From Mobula hypostoma (lineage: Eukaryota), in contig NC_086108.1 in NCBI RefSeq assembly GCF_963921235.1, positions 72,046,001 through 72,110,000 of the forward strand: 64,000 nt of DNA, given 5' to 3'. A model generated the notes under the pieces. The model was given only the letters and a program-made list of their open reading frames with translations. It did no database searches and had not been told where the DNA came from. This document shows, piece after piece, positions 47,613 to 60,939 of this stretch. The position numbers and the translations under genes were made by a program. Position 1 is the stretch's first letter. Each line of letters starts with the position of its first letter.

Positions 47613-48658
47613 ATAAGACCATAGGACCATAAGATACAGAAACAGAATTAGGCCATTTGGCCCATTGAGACTGCTCTGCCATTTCATCATGGCTGATCCG
47701 CTTCTCTCTCCACCCCAGTCTCCTGCCTTCTCCCTGTATCCCTTCAAGCCCTGACTAATCAAGAATCTATCAACCTCTGTCTTATATATACCCAATGACT
47801 TGGCCTCCATTGCCACTTGTGGCAACAAATTCCACTGATTCACCACTCTCTGGCTAAGAAATTCCTCCTCATCTCTGTTCTAAATGGACGTCCCTCTTTT
47901 CTGAGGCTGTGTCCTCTTGTCTTAGTCTCCCCCACCATAGGAAATACCCTCTCTATATCCACTATTGAGTCCTTTCAACATTCAATAGCTGTCAATGTAA
48001 TTCCTTTTCATCTTCTAAATTCCTGTGAGTACATGCCCAGAGCCATCAAACACTCTCATCTGATAAGCCTTTCAATCCCAGAATCATTTTTGTGAACCTC
48101 CTTTGAACTCCCTCCAACGTCAACACAGTAGTACTTTATTAAGCCTCAACATTACATCCTTGCTTCTATGTTCTAGTGAATGCTAATATTGCATTTGCCT
48201 TCCTCACTACCGACTCAAACTCCAAATTAACATTTAGGGTGTCCTTGTGCGGGATTGCTTTAGTCCCTTTGCACCTCAAGTTTTTGAACTTTCTCTCCAT
48301 TTAGAAAATAAGCTAATTTTATTTCTTCTACCAAACTGTATGACCATACGTTTTCTGACACTATATTCTATCTGTCACTTCTTTGTCCATCTCCTAAACT
48401 TTGTAAGTCCTTCTGCAGACTTCATGCTTCCTCCACATTACCTGCTCCTTCACCTGTCTTCAAATCGTCCACAAACCTGGCCCAGAAAAAAGAAAAGAAA
48501 AAAGGAATAAAAACACTTGAAACACAAACTTGGCCACAAAGCCATAAATTCTGTCATCCAAGTCATTGACATGTAACGTAAAAAGAAATGGTCCCAACAC
48601 AGAACCCTGCGGAACACCATTAGTCACCAGCAGCCAATCAGAAAAGGCTCCCTTTATT
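47613..48658 (-). mobile_element. CR1 RT-to-3' fragment with (TCTTATGG)n tail
   Basis: ORF 48460-48690 VTNGVPQGSVLGPFLFTLHVNDLDD...VAKF; ORF 47490-47846 VNQWNLLPQVAMEAKSL. Confidence 0.88.
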
Positions 48659-50094
48659 AGATGGGGCAGAGGTGTTCCCTTTGCTTTCACTCTGGAGAAT
48701 CAATTTACTTTACGTTGGTGTTTTGGGAGGTTTGATTGTTTTGGTTTGAAATGAAGTTGCATTGAGGAGAAAGCTTCCTGAATGTTGCAATATACAGAAG
48801 ATGGATAAAATCAATCTTGATGCTTGTATGTGGAATGGGTTTTCTCAAACATCTTTTGTAACCAGTATTGTGAGACCTCTACCTATGAGTTTATCAGATG
48901 GGAGAGTATACAAATAGACTGTTCTAATGAATAGTGATCAATTCCTCACTCCCCTGGTTTGCTTTCAATGAGTCATTGAAAATATTATGATTGGCTCAGT
49001 TTATCTCCAGTTCCTCTGAATTAGATACTTGAAAAATTACAAAAGGTATAATAAAGAAAGAGGGGATTGCCTGAGAGAGCAGCAAGAGATGGGCTGTATA
49101 TCACTGTCCTAATCATCCTCATCCTCCCCTGCCTTCACCTTACCAACCATAATTTACATGCAGCAACATCAGCCTTCTTCCATTCCTTGTCCAGTTTGAT
49201 TCAGAAATTTTACTGCAAATTTGCAGTCGTTGCATCAGCCAGCAAACTACTCCAGAGGTCATAGCCCCTGTGGAACAAAAGGAAGCTGCTGATTTATTTA
49301 TAGAAGTGCAGGGTAATCATTGTTTTTAAAATTGGGAGATAGGTTTTCTTTCTGACTGTAATGAATCATGTTTAGGTAACCTTTACGAGCGCAAATAGGC
49401 CAGGTCCTCACGCATTACATTTGGTGATCAAAGAAGAAGGAATCCATGTGCTCCCAGTGCCCTTGCTCTTCAATTGTCAAAGGAAAAGTGTAATTTTAAT
49501 TTGCAGGTCATGTCTCAAAGCTCCATAAATATCTGGCAGAGAACTTGGAGTTGTAATTCAGTTTTTGAGTTCTGTGTAACGTTTCGAGATATTTGAATTT
49601 CTGCTATGATTTACCATATTACATAAAGTGCTCAATTGAATTAATCTCTTACAGCTGGCAAGTGTCCAGAGTCCTCCATTTATTAGTTACAGCAATGTGG
49701 AAGGATGGAACAGATGACTAAGCAAAGATATCTACTCTGTATTTGTAACGATACTTCGCTCAGAAAGAATGCCACCCATACACCACTGTTACTGTACTTG
49801 TAGAACCATAATGTGCAAAGTCTGACAACACGCAAAGGACTGAGCATGGAGAGATTGAGATTCATAGATTGATTGAGCTAAACAGCTCAGAAACAGGCCT
49901 TTCAGCCCAACTTAACAAGGCTGGCCAAGATGCCTGCCGACACTAACCTCATTTGCCAAACTCTGGCTACACATTTCACTAAAACTTTCTGATAGATTGT
50001 AACTTTAGTCTCTGGGCTTCCAGCAGTGATTGGATAAAACCTTTTTTAACATAGGGAACCTTTGGAAAACCCTCCCATAAAATTCTGTTTAGGT

Positions 50095-50320
50095 GCATAG
50101 CATAGTGTAACGCTATTCCAGGCCTGCAACCTTGATTCAATTCCACAGCAGTCTGTAAAGAGTTTGTACACTCTTCCTGTGACCACATAGATTTCCTCCA
50201 TGTGCTGCAGTTTCCTCCCAAATTCCAAAGTAGGCTAATTGGTCAATTGGATGTAAATGGACGGCACAGGCTTGTTGGGCTAGAAGAGCCTGCTAACATG
50301 TTGTAATTCTAAATAAAAAA
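50095..50320 (+). mobile_element. V-SINE with CR1-like tail
   Basis: GATTCAATTCC B-box, V domain GAGTTTGTACACTCTTCCTGTGACC...TTTCCTCCCA, tail TTGGGCTAGAAGAGCCTG. Confidence 0.75.
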
Positions 50321-50927
50321 TATATAAATAATAAAACAATTCTATGTCATACCACCCATTGTTTGTGAGTATGCAGTGTATCTCAGAATCATTTGATATA
50401 CCATTGCAAGCTATTGGATCAGATGTTGATGTTATACTTGCAGGACATTAAGTATGTGCACCTGGTGAGGTCTGCAGCAATGGCAGAGGGAAGGGGATAG
50501 ATATAATGCAAATACTTTCTCCTCAAAAGGAAAGATTGTACTCAGCTTCTGCTATACAAGATTCAAATCTGAGTTTTAAGAGTGAAACCAAAAGACCTGC
50601 ATAGTTGGCTGAGGAGCATAGAGGAGTCTAGGATGAGAAGACAGCTCATCCTTTCCAGCATGGAAATAGTGTGGAGTGCTATTAGCACACCTGCAGGTTC
50701 AGAAATAATCCAGCACCTGACATCCATGTTGCACTGCAGCACAACCAGAAGCTAGTGAAAGCCTGTGAGTTGTAATGCAGGAGTACCTTCCGCGTCCAGT
50801 CTGATGTCATTATGATTATGATACCAATCATACTGTTCAAAAGTAACACATACAAAATACTGAAGGGGGGAGGGGATGAAATAAGATGTTAGGAGGAGGC
50901 ATTTTACCTCTAAATAGGTGTTTCTTT

Positions 50928-51217
50928 GGGGGTGGCGCAGTAGTATAATGGTTAGCACAATGTTTTTCAGTACGGGTGACATGGTTTCAATTCCCACTGC
51001 TGCCTGTAAGGAGTTTGTACATTCTCCCCATGACTTTGTGGGTTTCCTCTGGGTGCTCCAGTTTCCTCCCACAGTGCAAAGACGTACCGGTTGGTAGGAT
51101 AATCGGTTGTTGTAAATTGTCCCATGATTCCGCTAGGATTAAATCGGGAAATTGCAGGGCAGCACAGCTCGAAGTGCAGGAAGGGCCTATTCCATGCTGT
51201 GTCTCAATAAATGAAAA
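50928..51217 (+). mobile_element. V-SINE with CR1-like tail
   Basis: GTATAATGGTTAGC A-box, GGTTTCAATTCCC B-box, V domain GTGGGTTTCCTCTGGGTGCTCCAGTTTCCTCCCACAGTGCAAAGACGT. Confidence 0.85.
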
Positions 51218-54117
51218 AGTGAAGGGCTGGAAAAAGTAGGAATCTGATAGTAGAGGAGAGTGGATCGTGGGAGAAAGGGAAGGAGGAGACGCTTAGTAGA
51301 GATCATAGAAGATGCAACTGGACGCCTATTTAGATAGAAAAATAAAAGAAAATCTGGAAATCAAAGTGATACACACAATGCTGGAGTTACTCCAGCATTT
51401 TGTATGTATAGATAACTGGATAAGAAAGGTATAGATGTATCGGGCTCTAATGCAGGCAAATGGGCTAATATTCCCATTTACCAATTTGCTGGTCAGAGCC
51501 TCATAAATAACTGCTCCAAAGATACGAGAAAATGTCTTCCTGGATTAAAGTGCTATATCCGCACAGTGTGTATGCGCCCTGAGGTGTGATTGTAATGCTT
51601 GCAACTCTGGAGGGAAAATGAGAGTGGAATGAAGTAGTTGAATTTATCTGATAAATGTGTCTTAGAAAATCCTTACCTAAGGAACCCAAACTACTGAATT
51701 ATTTTATTTTAGTTGAGAGAATTTTATCTTCCAAGGTTGCTGGGGTGCCTCCATATGCATATAGGGTTGATGACGTGGCAATTAAGTATCAGATTATGCT
51801 TGGCTGTCTGCGCAATTTTTCTAATGGTAAGGCTCTGTGAAATGCAAAACAGGACAATCAATACAAAATAATTACTGTCAGAAATGATCAGTTCTGACAC
51901 AGTTACATGACTCTTTATTTGATACTGGATCCTGATGGCTACAACATGCCCAGACAGAAGATGAGCTGTTGAAGATTGATGAGGTGTTGTTTCTGAAATT
52001 TGCTATCCTTAATGTAGCAGAAAAAGAGGCCACAGATAGATAGAATTGAGTGCAATGGAGAAATATAGTGGCTAATTTCCAATTCCATCATTTTTATTTA
52101 AGATTTTCAGCATTTTTGTCTTTTTGTGATTTTCAAGATGATATGCCCTATTGTGAAATTATGTTTTGAACTGTGTAATGAAGGGTTCTTGGAATTTATT
52201 AACAATTGTCAGCAAATGGCTGATAGCGGAGCACTGAATTGAACAATGCTTAAGGTTATTGATGTATGTGGTGGGACAGGGATTTAAAAGATGGATTCTC
52301 TGATGGTAAGTGTGTTCATGAGGACACCAAATGGCACAGCATCTTGATTCTTTTCTTGTAATTCCCGACTGCTCATCCCAGCTATCTCTTCCTGGAGTGC
52401 ATTTTGCCTTTCCATTCTCACTCTAGGGTAAACTTAAAAAACTGAGGACCCTATTCAGTTCCATGCTGTGCCTTTCCTCGTTGTCTCCCAGGTCAATTTC
52501 AGTGGAGAATTTAAAAGCAGAAAATGTTGGTAATAGATTAGGCAATGTGCCTAGAGAGAGGAAATAAAAGGATGGGCTAAACATTGGTTAATTCAATTTC
52601 CACTGATAAGTGATTTTCTCATTTTTATTTCAAATAGCTGGCATTCACTATTCATTCTGGCCATTTCAGATAACTACTATATTTCCCCATTTGTACCCTC
52701 GCTAATTTGGCCTTTGGTTTTCTTTCCTGTCCTGTACTCACTTTCCTTTGACCAACATTATCATCCTTTTGGACATTCAACTGTCGCCAACCTTCCATTT
52801 TCGACTCTTCTCTTTGTCTTAAAACCTATTTTACTTCTAAATTTTCTCAGTTCTTATATCAATGACATAGCACATAAACTTTGTTCCTCCTGCTAAATAT
52901 ACTGTCTCACCTGCTGAGCATTTCCAGTATTTCAGGATTTTATTTTGGATTTACAGCATGTACAGAGTTTTGCCTCAGTTGTCAAACGCTGTCATTTAGT
53001 TAAGGAACAACATTGACAGAAACGTAATCATCGGAGAACGGGACATTAATTGGGTCTAAACTGTGAAAGCTTAACCTTTAAAAGAACTGAGTTCTTTATG
53101 AAAAGCATTTAAAAATGAGATATCCTGGAACATTAGCAATCTCAGGTCACTTTCAGTCTGTCCTCCAGCAGAATGTAATTTATTGATTTGTCTATTTTTC
53201 TTGACTATGATCTCACTTACTTTACCTGATCCACCAGATTCAAATGAAGTTTCATTTTTATATTTTAAAGCACTTGCTTTGATAAGAGATCATTTTCAGT
53301 ACTGCATATAGACTTGTATCCATGAAGTGAACATTTTCCATTAGCTCTTACAGGAAATTAACTCACACAGTTGCTAATGTCAAGCATTTTGGTGAATGTT
53401 TACACTACTATCAATTGACACTATAGTACCAATATCTCATATACAAATATACTATGCCCCTTATTAGTTACCAAAGGTAACTATGAAAAATAAAATTATG
53501 TGGGACAGACATAAATTTTTGATGTGAATTTATTTTAACCTTAAATCTAGTGAATTATTGTACTTAATGTGCACAAACAATGAAGCATATTCCAGATGAA
53601 TTCAAAAGGAGAGCTTTTATGTGTGGATACTCTTGCGAATTTAGTAATATCTGCCAGTTTTTGTTCCCCTCTCCATCTTTAGTACAAACCAAGAACAAAG
53701 CTTTAGGCTTATTTGCTTAATTTGCTACATGCTTGACTGAACAGCACCTAGCAACCAGGACACTGGCTTCGGATTTAATGGCCATTTACACAGACATAAA
53801 AACAGTCGCCTGTCAACTATGGGAGAGGAATAGTCAAAGCCACAGTAGGTGGCTGTCAGATTTTCTTTCAATAGTAGTTCTTAATTGTGTTCTCATTTCT
53901 TCACTGTGTTAGTGGACAATTTAATGCTGCACACAATCTTTTCTGTTATAATTATATAAACAATGTGAGGTTTATGAACTGAAGTCTGGAAACATTAATA
54001 ATTATATAACAGAAAATCTTGTGTAAAATTGATGATCGAATGAGTTAAGCTTCCACCTTGGGTGCAATTAATGCTTTGAAATAAAAATTGGATGTGCTTT
54101 CAATGCAATTCATCTAA

Positions 54118-54345
54118 GTTCAAAGCAAATCTATAATCAGAGTACGAACATGTTGCTATACATGACCTTGAGGGTCATTTTCTTGCAGGCGTTTACAGGA
54201 AAAAAGAAATACTATAGAATTTTATGGAAAAACTATACATAAACAGACAAAGACAGGCAAGCAACCAAAGTGCGAAAGAAGACAAACTGTGCAAATAAAA
54301 GTAATTCTGGCGATATGAGTCCTTGAAAGTGAGTCTGTAGATCAT
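54118..54345 (-). mobile_element. Rex/Babar-type 3' tail fragment
   Basis: Matches the tails at 880-1130 and 13181-13400 (TCATTTTCTTGCAGGC; GAGTCCTTGAAAGTGAGTC). Confidence 0.7.
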
Positions 54346-56017
54346 AGATTTTTTTTTATTATCACCCCTGGGCCTGTGGACTTTCCACAGTAAAGACTTA
54401 CTCCATGTGTCTGCAGGCACTTCTACACTGTGAGATCTATGAAGGAAAATTCTTGGAAATGGCCTCTCTCCTGCTGCGTGCAACCACTCTTCCAATCTTA
54501 TCTCCGACACATGCCCACTATTTGATGCATAAGACCTTTGTGGACTACAGTGAGGGTTGGGACCTGAAGTAACTAGGCTTCTGAGAACCCAAATCAGAAG
54601 AAAAGGCAATTTAATCAGTAGGTGAAAGAAGGATTAAGTGCAGATAATTATAAACTAGACCAAAGGTCCGATGACTAAATGCCTAAAATTATTTGCAGTA
54701 TGATTGATTACACAGATTGACTGTTAGAGCATGATTATTATCCTGGAATTGATATGGACCCTGAATATAAATAATTATTTTGTGAATTGGGTACATGTGA
54801 TCGGTGGAAAGTTTAAGGAAATTAATCTCTTCTTTGCAACTTTAACTTCAGTTGAGCTTCCTATTTTTAGCCTATTTTGTTGCTTTCTTCCCCCTGCATT
54901 CACATTATTCTAACTCATGTTTTCATTCTTTGATTTGAATTCTTCTGCTTTACGCTACTGAATTTTGATCATTCATGCTGCTACTATTTTTGATTTTGAT
55001 ATTTCAGGAAATGGTCACTATTTCATTCCAAATCCCACCAATCTGTGAAAACCAGTCACTTTTGGGAAACTATTAATGACAAGGTCAAATATGCAAAGCC
55101 CAAGGAAACCACTGAAGTTATGGACAGAAACCAAATTTCAAAAAAAATTTTTTTGCCAGTGCTATTTTAAACAATTTAGAGTAATGCTTAGCTTTAAACA
55201 TGTATTTTTTTTCTGTGAAAACCACGCTGCACATCTCAACTATTCCCTAGAGCAAAGCAATTCATAATCTAACAGTTCTGCTTGAAGAAATCTTTTCAAA
55301 ACTTGCACCTCACTTTTATTGACCATTCTAAATCATAGGCATTTGTTTGTCTCCACATTCTTGTTGCTCAAATTAGAAGAAATTATTTTCCTCTGTTCCC
55401 CAAACTCCAGTGAATTGATCTTAATGTTGGATGACCACACGTACGGAGCCTAAACCCCATTCATTCTATTTTTTGGAGAACTCTGGATGAATTTCTATTG
55501 ATTTTCAATACTCTTGTACATAACATAGACAATGCTCCTTCACTTGCTGAGCTCACAGCAATGGTATGATGAACAGATGTTTTTAATTCTTTTTTAAATA
55601 TAGACATAAGAAGGTCTCAAACTTGTATGGAACAAAAAACACATTCCTTCTGACCACAATTAAAATAGAAGATTTGGGTTCAATTAGGCAGTGGCTGCAG
55701 TAACTCAAACCCTAAATCTATTACAAATTTTCAGATTTTAATTCATCTAAATGTTTACCTAAATGTTCAGCACATAAGAAGATGGTTCATACACTCGGCC
55801 ATTTGTATGCCCTTGAAATGGAAACCTATCTCTGCTAACTGTGGATGAGAATGGGAGTTTATCATAAATTCATCTGTGCATTCAGAAATTCACTTCAAGC
55901 ACTCCTGAGTCTTTTCTGGCAACATCTTCATTGAATATACTCTGGAAACTCACTGCAGTTAAATCTAATTGCAGTATTTCCTTGTAGTAAAATTGTCTAT
56001 CTGCATTACTGTCATAA

Positions 56018-56590
56018 TTCAAATTCAAATTCACATTCAAAATACATTTATTATCAAAGAATGTGCAGTATGAGTTACACAGCCTTGAGATTTGTTGCTG
56101 ATAGGCAGTCGCAAAGCAAAGGACCTGAAAGAACCCAGTTAAAAAACAACGACCAACCCCTAATGCACACAAAAGAGAGAGAAAAAAACAAATCTTGCAA
56201 ACAATGGAAGCGAGCAACAACAGCATCAGGAAACAAATTGAGTCTTTAGGTCTAAGTCCCCTGAGCAGCCTGGAGAAGGCCCAAAGCCTTGGTATTCAGT
56301 TCATCATATTGGCGGGGCAAATCACCACAAAATTTGCAGTCAAGAAGCACAGCAGCTGGGGGCAGTCTCACAACCTTATCATCGTGAAGAGAGGAGCCCC
56401 CAGTCTATCTGGTCCAGGGTTTAAGTTGTCCGAATAGCAGATTGTATCTCGCATTAGGATCCACAATCCGCTGCAGGGAATCATTCCAGACCTAGATTTT
56501 GCTGGCAATGAAGCTAAACTCGATTTCTCCAAATCGGTCTGCACCCAGAGCCAACCTCGCCTGACTCTTGCCCGACGATTGTTTTGAAAT
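56018..56590 (-). mobile_element. Non-autonomous retroposon with Rex-like (TTTGAA)n tail
   Basis: Minus-strand tail TTTGATAATAAATGTATTTTGAA...TTTGAATTTGAA; GC-richer non-coding body. Confidence 0.55.
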
Positions 56591-57935
56591 CTTAGTGAAA
56601 GCATATGAAAAATTTGGGTTGCCTAATGCTACAATTTTTACTCCTCACGAGAGCATCTTTCCTTGGTTATGTGACAGGGGCATTCTTACATTTTGCTTAA
56701 CTTTTAAAGTGAGGCCATGTTGTCTATGGATTATTCTTTGTTTACTTTAGAAATTGCATATCTGCTGCATTGTGCAGATTGATACTGCAAACTGTTTACT
56801 TTAGTATGAAGTTTATATTTTCCGCAGTGCCAATTACTTGTGTTATTAGGTAACGATGAATATTTAATATTTTTGTATAATGAATTCTAATGCGACCCTT
56901 TCTTCCTTGCTGCCTTTATTTAGAACTCGAGCTTTCATTGTACTGTGGTGATTTAGTAACTGTAGGAGCTTCCACTGCATCCTTAGATTTCTGATTGGTC
57001 CATGAACATTACCTTATTATGCCCCTTCTTGCATTATTTACTTACATTAATTCTATATCATTGTACTGTATTGCTGCTGCAAAACAACAAATTTCACATT
57101 GTATAAGTCACTGATAATAAACCTGATTCTGATTCTGAGCCTCTATATTACAGAGTGATGAAGTCAAACAAAATACAAACAGACTCTTTAGCCCACCGAG
57201 CCTGAACTATCATGTGCGTTTACACTAAATTTTTATTAATCTCACTTTAGTTTCTTCACTTTCCCCTTAGTTCTCCTCAGATTCTATCCCAGTGTCCAAT
57301 TAACCATAAATAGCACACTTTATCTTTCTATATATATTATAAGGACCATTCCTTTTTTTTGTTGCTATATGTTGATCCAGATATTTTCAGATTTTTTTTG
57401 CAATGGAAACACTGGCAAAATCAAAGTATTTGGTCAAAGATTACATAAGAATGCAATTTTGGAAGTATTATGATTGCCTCCTTTAATAACTGAGGAATTG
57501 TGAATAACCTTTTAAGAGTGATAAACGGAAGCTCCTTATCTTATTGTCCACAAGGTGATGCCAGAGCCATATTATCTGATGGCTATCTTCCTCATTTGGG
57601 AGGTTTTATTGGCTAATCTTCTTGAGCCTCATTAGATGTTAGTTAAATTTTGTAAATGTTAAATCAATGTTTAATTTAGCAATTGTGGCAAGGTAAATGA
57701 TATCAGTTTTGAATGAAATCTTTCTATCGGATATGCCACCTTGAAACCTTTCAAATTCAGTCTTTTCATTGATCTTGTTTGATTGTAAGGGAAAATGAAG
57801 GATAGTCAGATAGTTGGTCCATTTTCTTTCGTACCTTATTTTGGTCTGCACTCTGCTGATTGGAAACTGGATGGATACCCTAAAAGATTAACTTCTCACA
57901 TAAATTTATTTATCTGGATTCATGGTTAAAATTTC

Positions 57936-58800
57936 AGAGGGTGGAGCAAAGTTAAGATAGCGCTAAATGGCAACTTCTTTGCTTGCATTTTTGGAAACAG
58001 GTCTATTTCAATCTTTGATATCTCTTTTTTTCTCTTTTCAAGGTTCTTTTGAAGACCCTGCCCTGGAGTTACACTCTGACTTCAGTTCTTTGCGGGAATA
58101 GGACCCACTCTCAAGGTCTCACAATTGGCCACTTTTTGATATCCCAAGGAGCAGTGGAAGACTATTGTGCCTTCAGGGTGCCGGATTTTTGTGGCTCTGG
58201 ACGTGGGCTGATTCTAGGCCAGTGCCCCTGACTGAGGCGTCGCGGGACAACAAGGAACTTTGAGAGCAACAGGTTAGCTGCCGTGGGCTGTGTGTCCAGA
58301 GACCTGAGCCCTGGGGCCAACTCTCTGGGTGCAGAGCTTGGAAAAAGCGACGCAACAGACTCTTAACATCAGAAATCAGTGAGTTGTTTGTCATGCCTTC
58401 TCTGTCATTGTGAAACGGGGACACTTTTTCCCTTATTGGGGTGGGGGGGGAGGGAGGGAGGGAGAGAGAGAGAGAGTGCGAGCCTGTGGTATGTCGAATT
58501 ACTGGGTGAATGAGTAGTCTTTGGGGTACTGCAATTCTATGTCTTTATTGATGCTTTGCTGCACGCTTAAGTGCTTGTTGGAGGGTACCATTGGTTTTTT
58601 GCTGGTGGGGGAGAGGGAGATTGTTACCTTCCTGCTGCTTGTGTGTGGGAGGGGGGAGCTGGGGGGGCCTTTTGTGTTCTAACATTTAACTGTCATTTAT
58701 TCTTTGGGGCACTCCTCTGTTTTTGTGGATTTTTTGCAAAGAAAAACAATTTCATGATGTATATCATATACATTTCTCTGACATTAATGTACCTATTGAG
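57936..58800 (+). mobile_element. Apparently full-length non-autonomous retroposon (~860 bp)
   Basis: 3' half matches 1795-2157 in reverse complement; starts near AAGATAGCG; no coding capacity. Confidence 0.65.
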
Positions 58801-59455
58801 CCAATTGATTTCCGAAGAGTCTGGAGTTTCTATTATTTAATGACATACTTCCTTGTTTATTTGCAAAGAAATGAATCTATCAGAATGGCAATTTATTTTT
58901 ACTCCTGTATAAACCAAATATGTGTATAAATACAGGCCATACCCAGATAATGAATGGCTTCCATTTTCACAGATGTCCAGAAATCAACTTGTCCATAAGT
59001 TAGAAAATACACAAAAATCACTCAATATGGTAATCATACATCTACAATATTCTAGTGAATAGCCTCAGGAGTACAAATACTGATAAGAAAGAACAATAAT
59101 TAAAAGTGGAGAGAGAAGAAACTAGTTCAGCTATTTGTAAGAACAAACATATGTACATACAATGGACTTTGGACTTCAATAATATTGCTGGAGCTGTATG
59201 TAGTGTCCATAAGTTAGACATTTGTAGTCCAGAAACAGCCTTTATTCAGGATGATCAGTGAAGGAAGGGGAATTTACCACGATGCTGCCAGAATTAGATA
59301 ACGTCTCTTAATGAGTGAGCTAGGGTTTTATTTTCTTTGGAACAAAGGAGGATGAGAGGCAACTTGTTAGAAGTGTATAAGATGACAGAGGCGTTGATCA
59401 GGTGGACAGCCAGAGTCATTTCCCAGGCTGGCAATGGCTAATATGAGAGGATATA

Positions 59456-60565
59456 GAAGAACTCAAATCATAGCCTACGCGGGTTAAAGATGACCTGGGA
59501 CTCTGGTTGGCTGGTGTTAACAGGATTCCCTGTGAATATGGAGCAGTGTATATCTGACAGACAGGATGCATAGTGGAAACACACATCAAAGAGCACAGGA
59601 GATGTACCTGTTTGGGTTACTCAGAGAAATCAGCGGAAGCAGATCATTACAATTGCAATGGCCATAGGATTGACTTTGATGGCACAAAATTATTATGCCA
59701 TGCCAATGGCTTTTGGGAATACCTAGTGAAGGAAATCATTGAAATAAAACTAGAGGCAAAGAATTTTAACAAAGTCATAGTCATAGTCATACTTTATTGA
59801 TCCCGGGGGAAACTGGTTTTCATTACAGTTGCACCATAAATAATAATTAGTAATAGAACCATAAATAGTTAAATAGTAATATGTAAATTATGCCAGTAAA
59901 TTATGAAATAAGTCCAGGACCAGCCTATTGGCTCAGGGTGTCTGACCCTCCAAGGGAGGAGTTGTAAAGTTTGATGGCCACAGGCAGGAATGACTTCCTA
60001 TGACGCTCTGTGCTGCATCTCGGTGGAATGAGTCTTTGGCTGAATGTACTCCTGTGCCCACCCAGTACATTATGTAGTGGGTGGGAGACATTGACCCAGA
60101 TGGCATGCAACTTAGACAGCATCCTCTTTTCAGACACCACCGTCAGAGAGTCCAGTTCCATCCCCACGACATCACTGGCCTTACGAATAAGTTTGTTGAT
60201 TCTGTTGGTGTCTGCTACCCTCAGCCTGCTGCCCCAGCACACAACAGCAAACATGATAGTACTGGCCACCACAGACTCGTAGAACGTCTCTTAATGAGTG
60301 AGCTAGGGTTTCATTTTCTTTGCAAAGACGAAGGTCTCACTCTAAGTAAGATCTCGAATTCCATTGTAAACAAGGTGGGACAGTGGAAACCTGATTGGAT
60401 GAGGACTGTATTCAAAATCAGGAGCAACAGGCTTCGGAGTTATAAATACCACTGGATTAGACATGCCCAGGCATCATCCCTGATGAAGATGGCAGAGTCT
60501 TTTTATCAAAATGTTGGCTACAATTAGCACCTGTACCCAACTGGAAGGCCGAGAAAAGTTTATTC
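59456..60565 (+). mobile_element. Second Penelope family: GIY-YIG endonuclease end plus terminal module, 13-bp TSD
   Basis: ATGAGAGGATATA at 59443-59455 and 60566-60578; GVNRIPCEYGAVYI*QTG..ETHIKEHRR...KSAEADH...KEIIEIK...NFNK|DEGLTLS; TATAAATA at 60441; CTGATGA motif at 60480. Confidence 0.88.
59775..60282 (-). mobile_element. Young Rex1/Babar-type LINE 3' fragment with (CTATGA)n tail and 5-bp TSD CAAAG
   Basis: Open ORF 59925-60272 VASTIMFAVVCWGS...HPLH...RCSTERHRKSFLPVAIKLYN; CAAAG at 59770-59774 and 60323-60327. Confidence 0.9.
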
Positions 60566-60939
60566 ATGAGAGGATATAACTTTATGTGATTAGAGGAAAG
60601 AGCAAAGTATAGCTAGAATGACAGCAGTAGGTTTTTTACACAGAGCGGTGGGTGTGTAGAACGTGCTCCCAGGGTGGTGGTCGATGTAGATATCTTAGGG
60701 AAATTTAAGAAATTCGTAGGTAAGCACATGGGTGAATGAAAAATGCAGGGCAATGTGGGTGAGAAATGTGAGATTGATCTTGGAATAGGTTAAAGGGTTG
60801 GCACAACATAGTGGGCTGAAAGGCCTGTACTGTGCTGTACTGTTCTATCTTTTATATAAGTTCCAAGGGCTCTGATAAGGTAGATTGTGGGGTCAGGTCT
60901 GCCTTATCATGCAAGTAAATGTGCGTAGTTAGTTGTGAA

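Larger units (their letters stand above)
59265..60850 (+). mobile_element. CR1 3' fragment, host of nested Penelope and Rex insertions
   Basis: GGATGAGAGGCAACTTGTTAGAAGTGTATAAGATG at ~59350; resumes at 60566 and ends GGCCTGTACTGTGCTGTACTGTTCTAT. Confidence 0.85.

Noticed and set aside
50928..51000. tRNA-like A/B boxes (also near 3330, 26610 and 40950)
   Set aside because: They are SINE heads fused to V-domain or SINE bodies, not cloverleaf tRNA genes.
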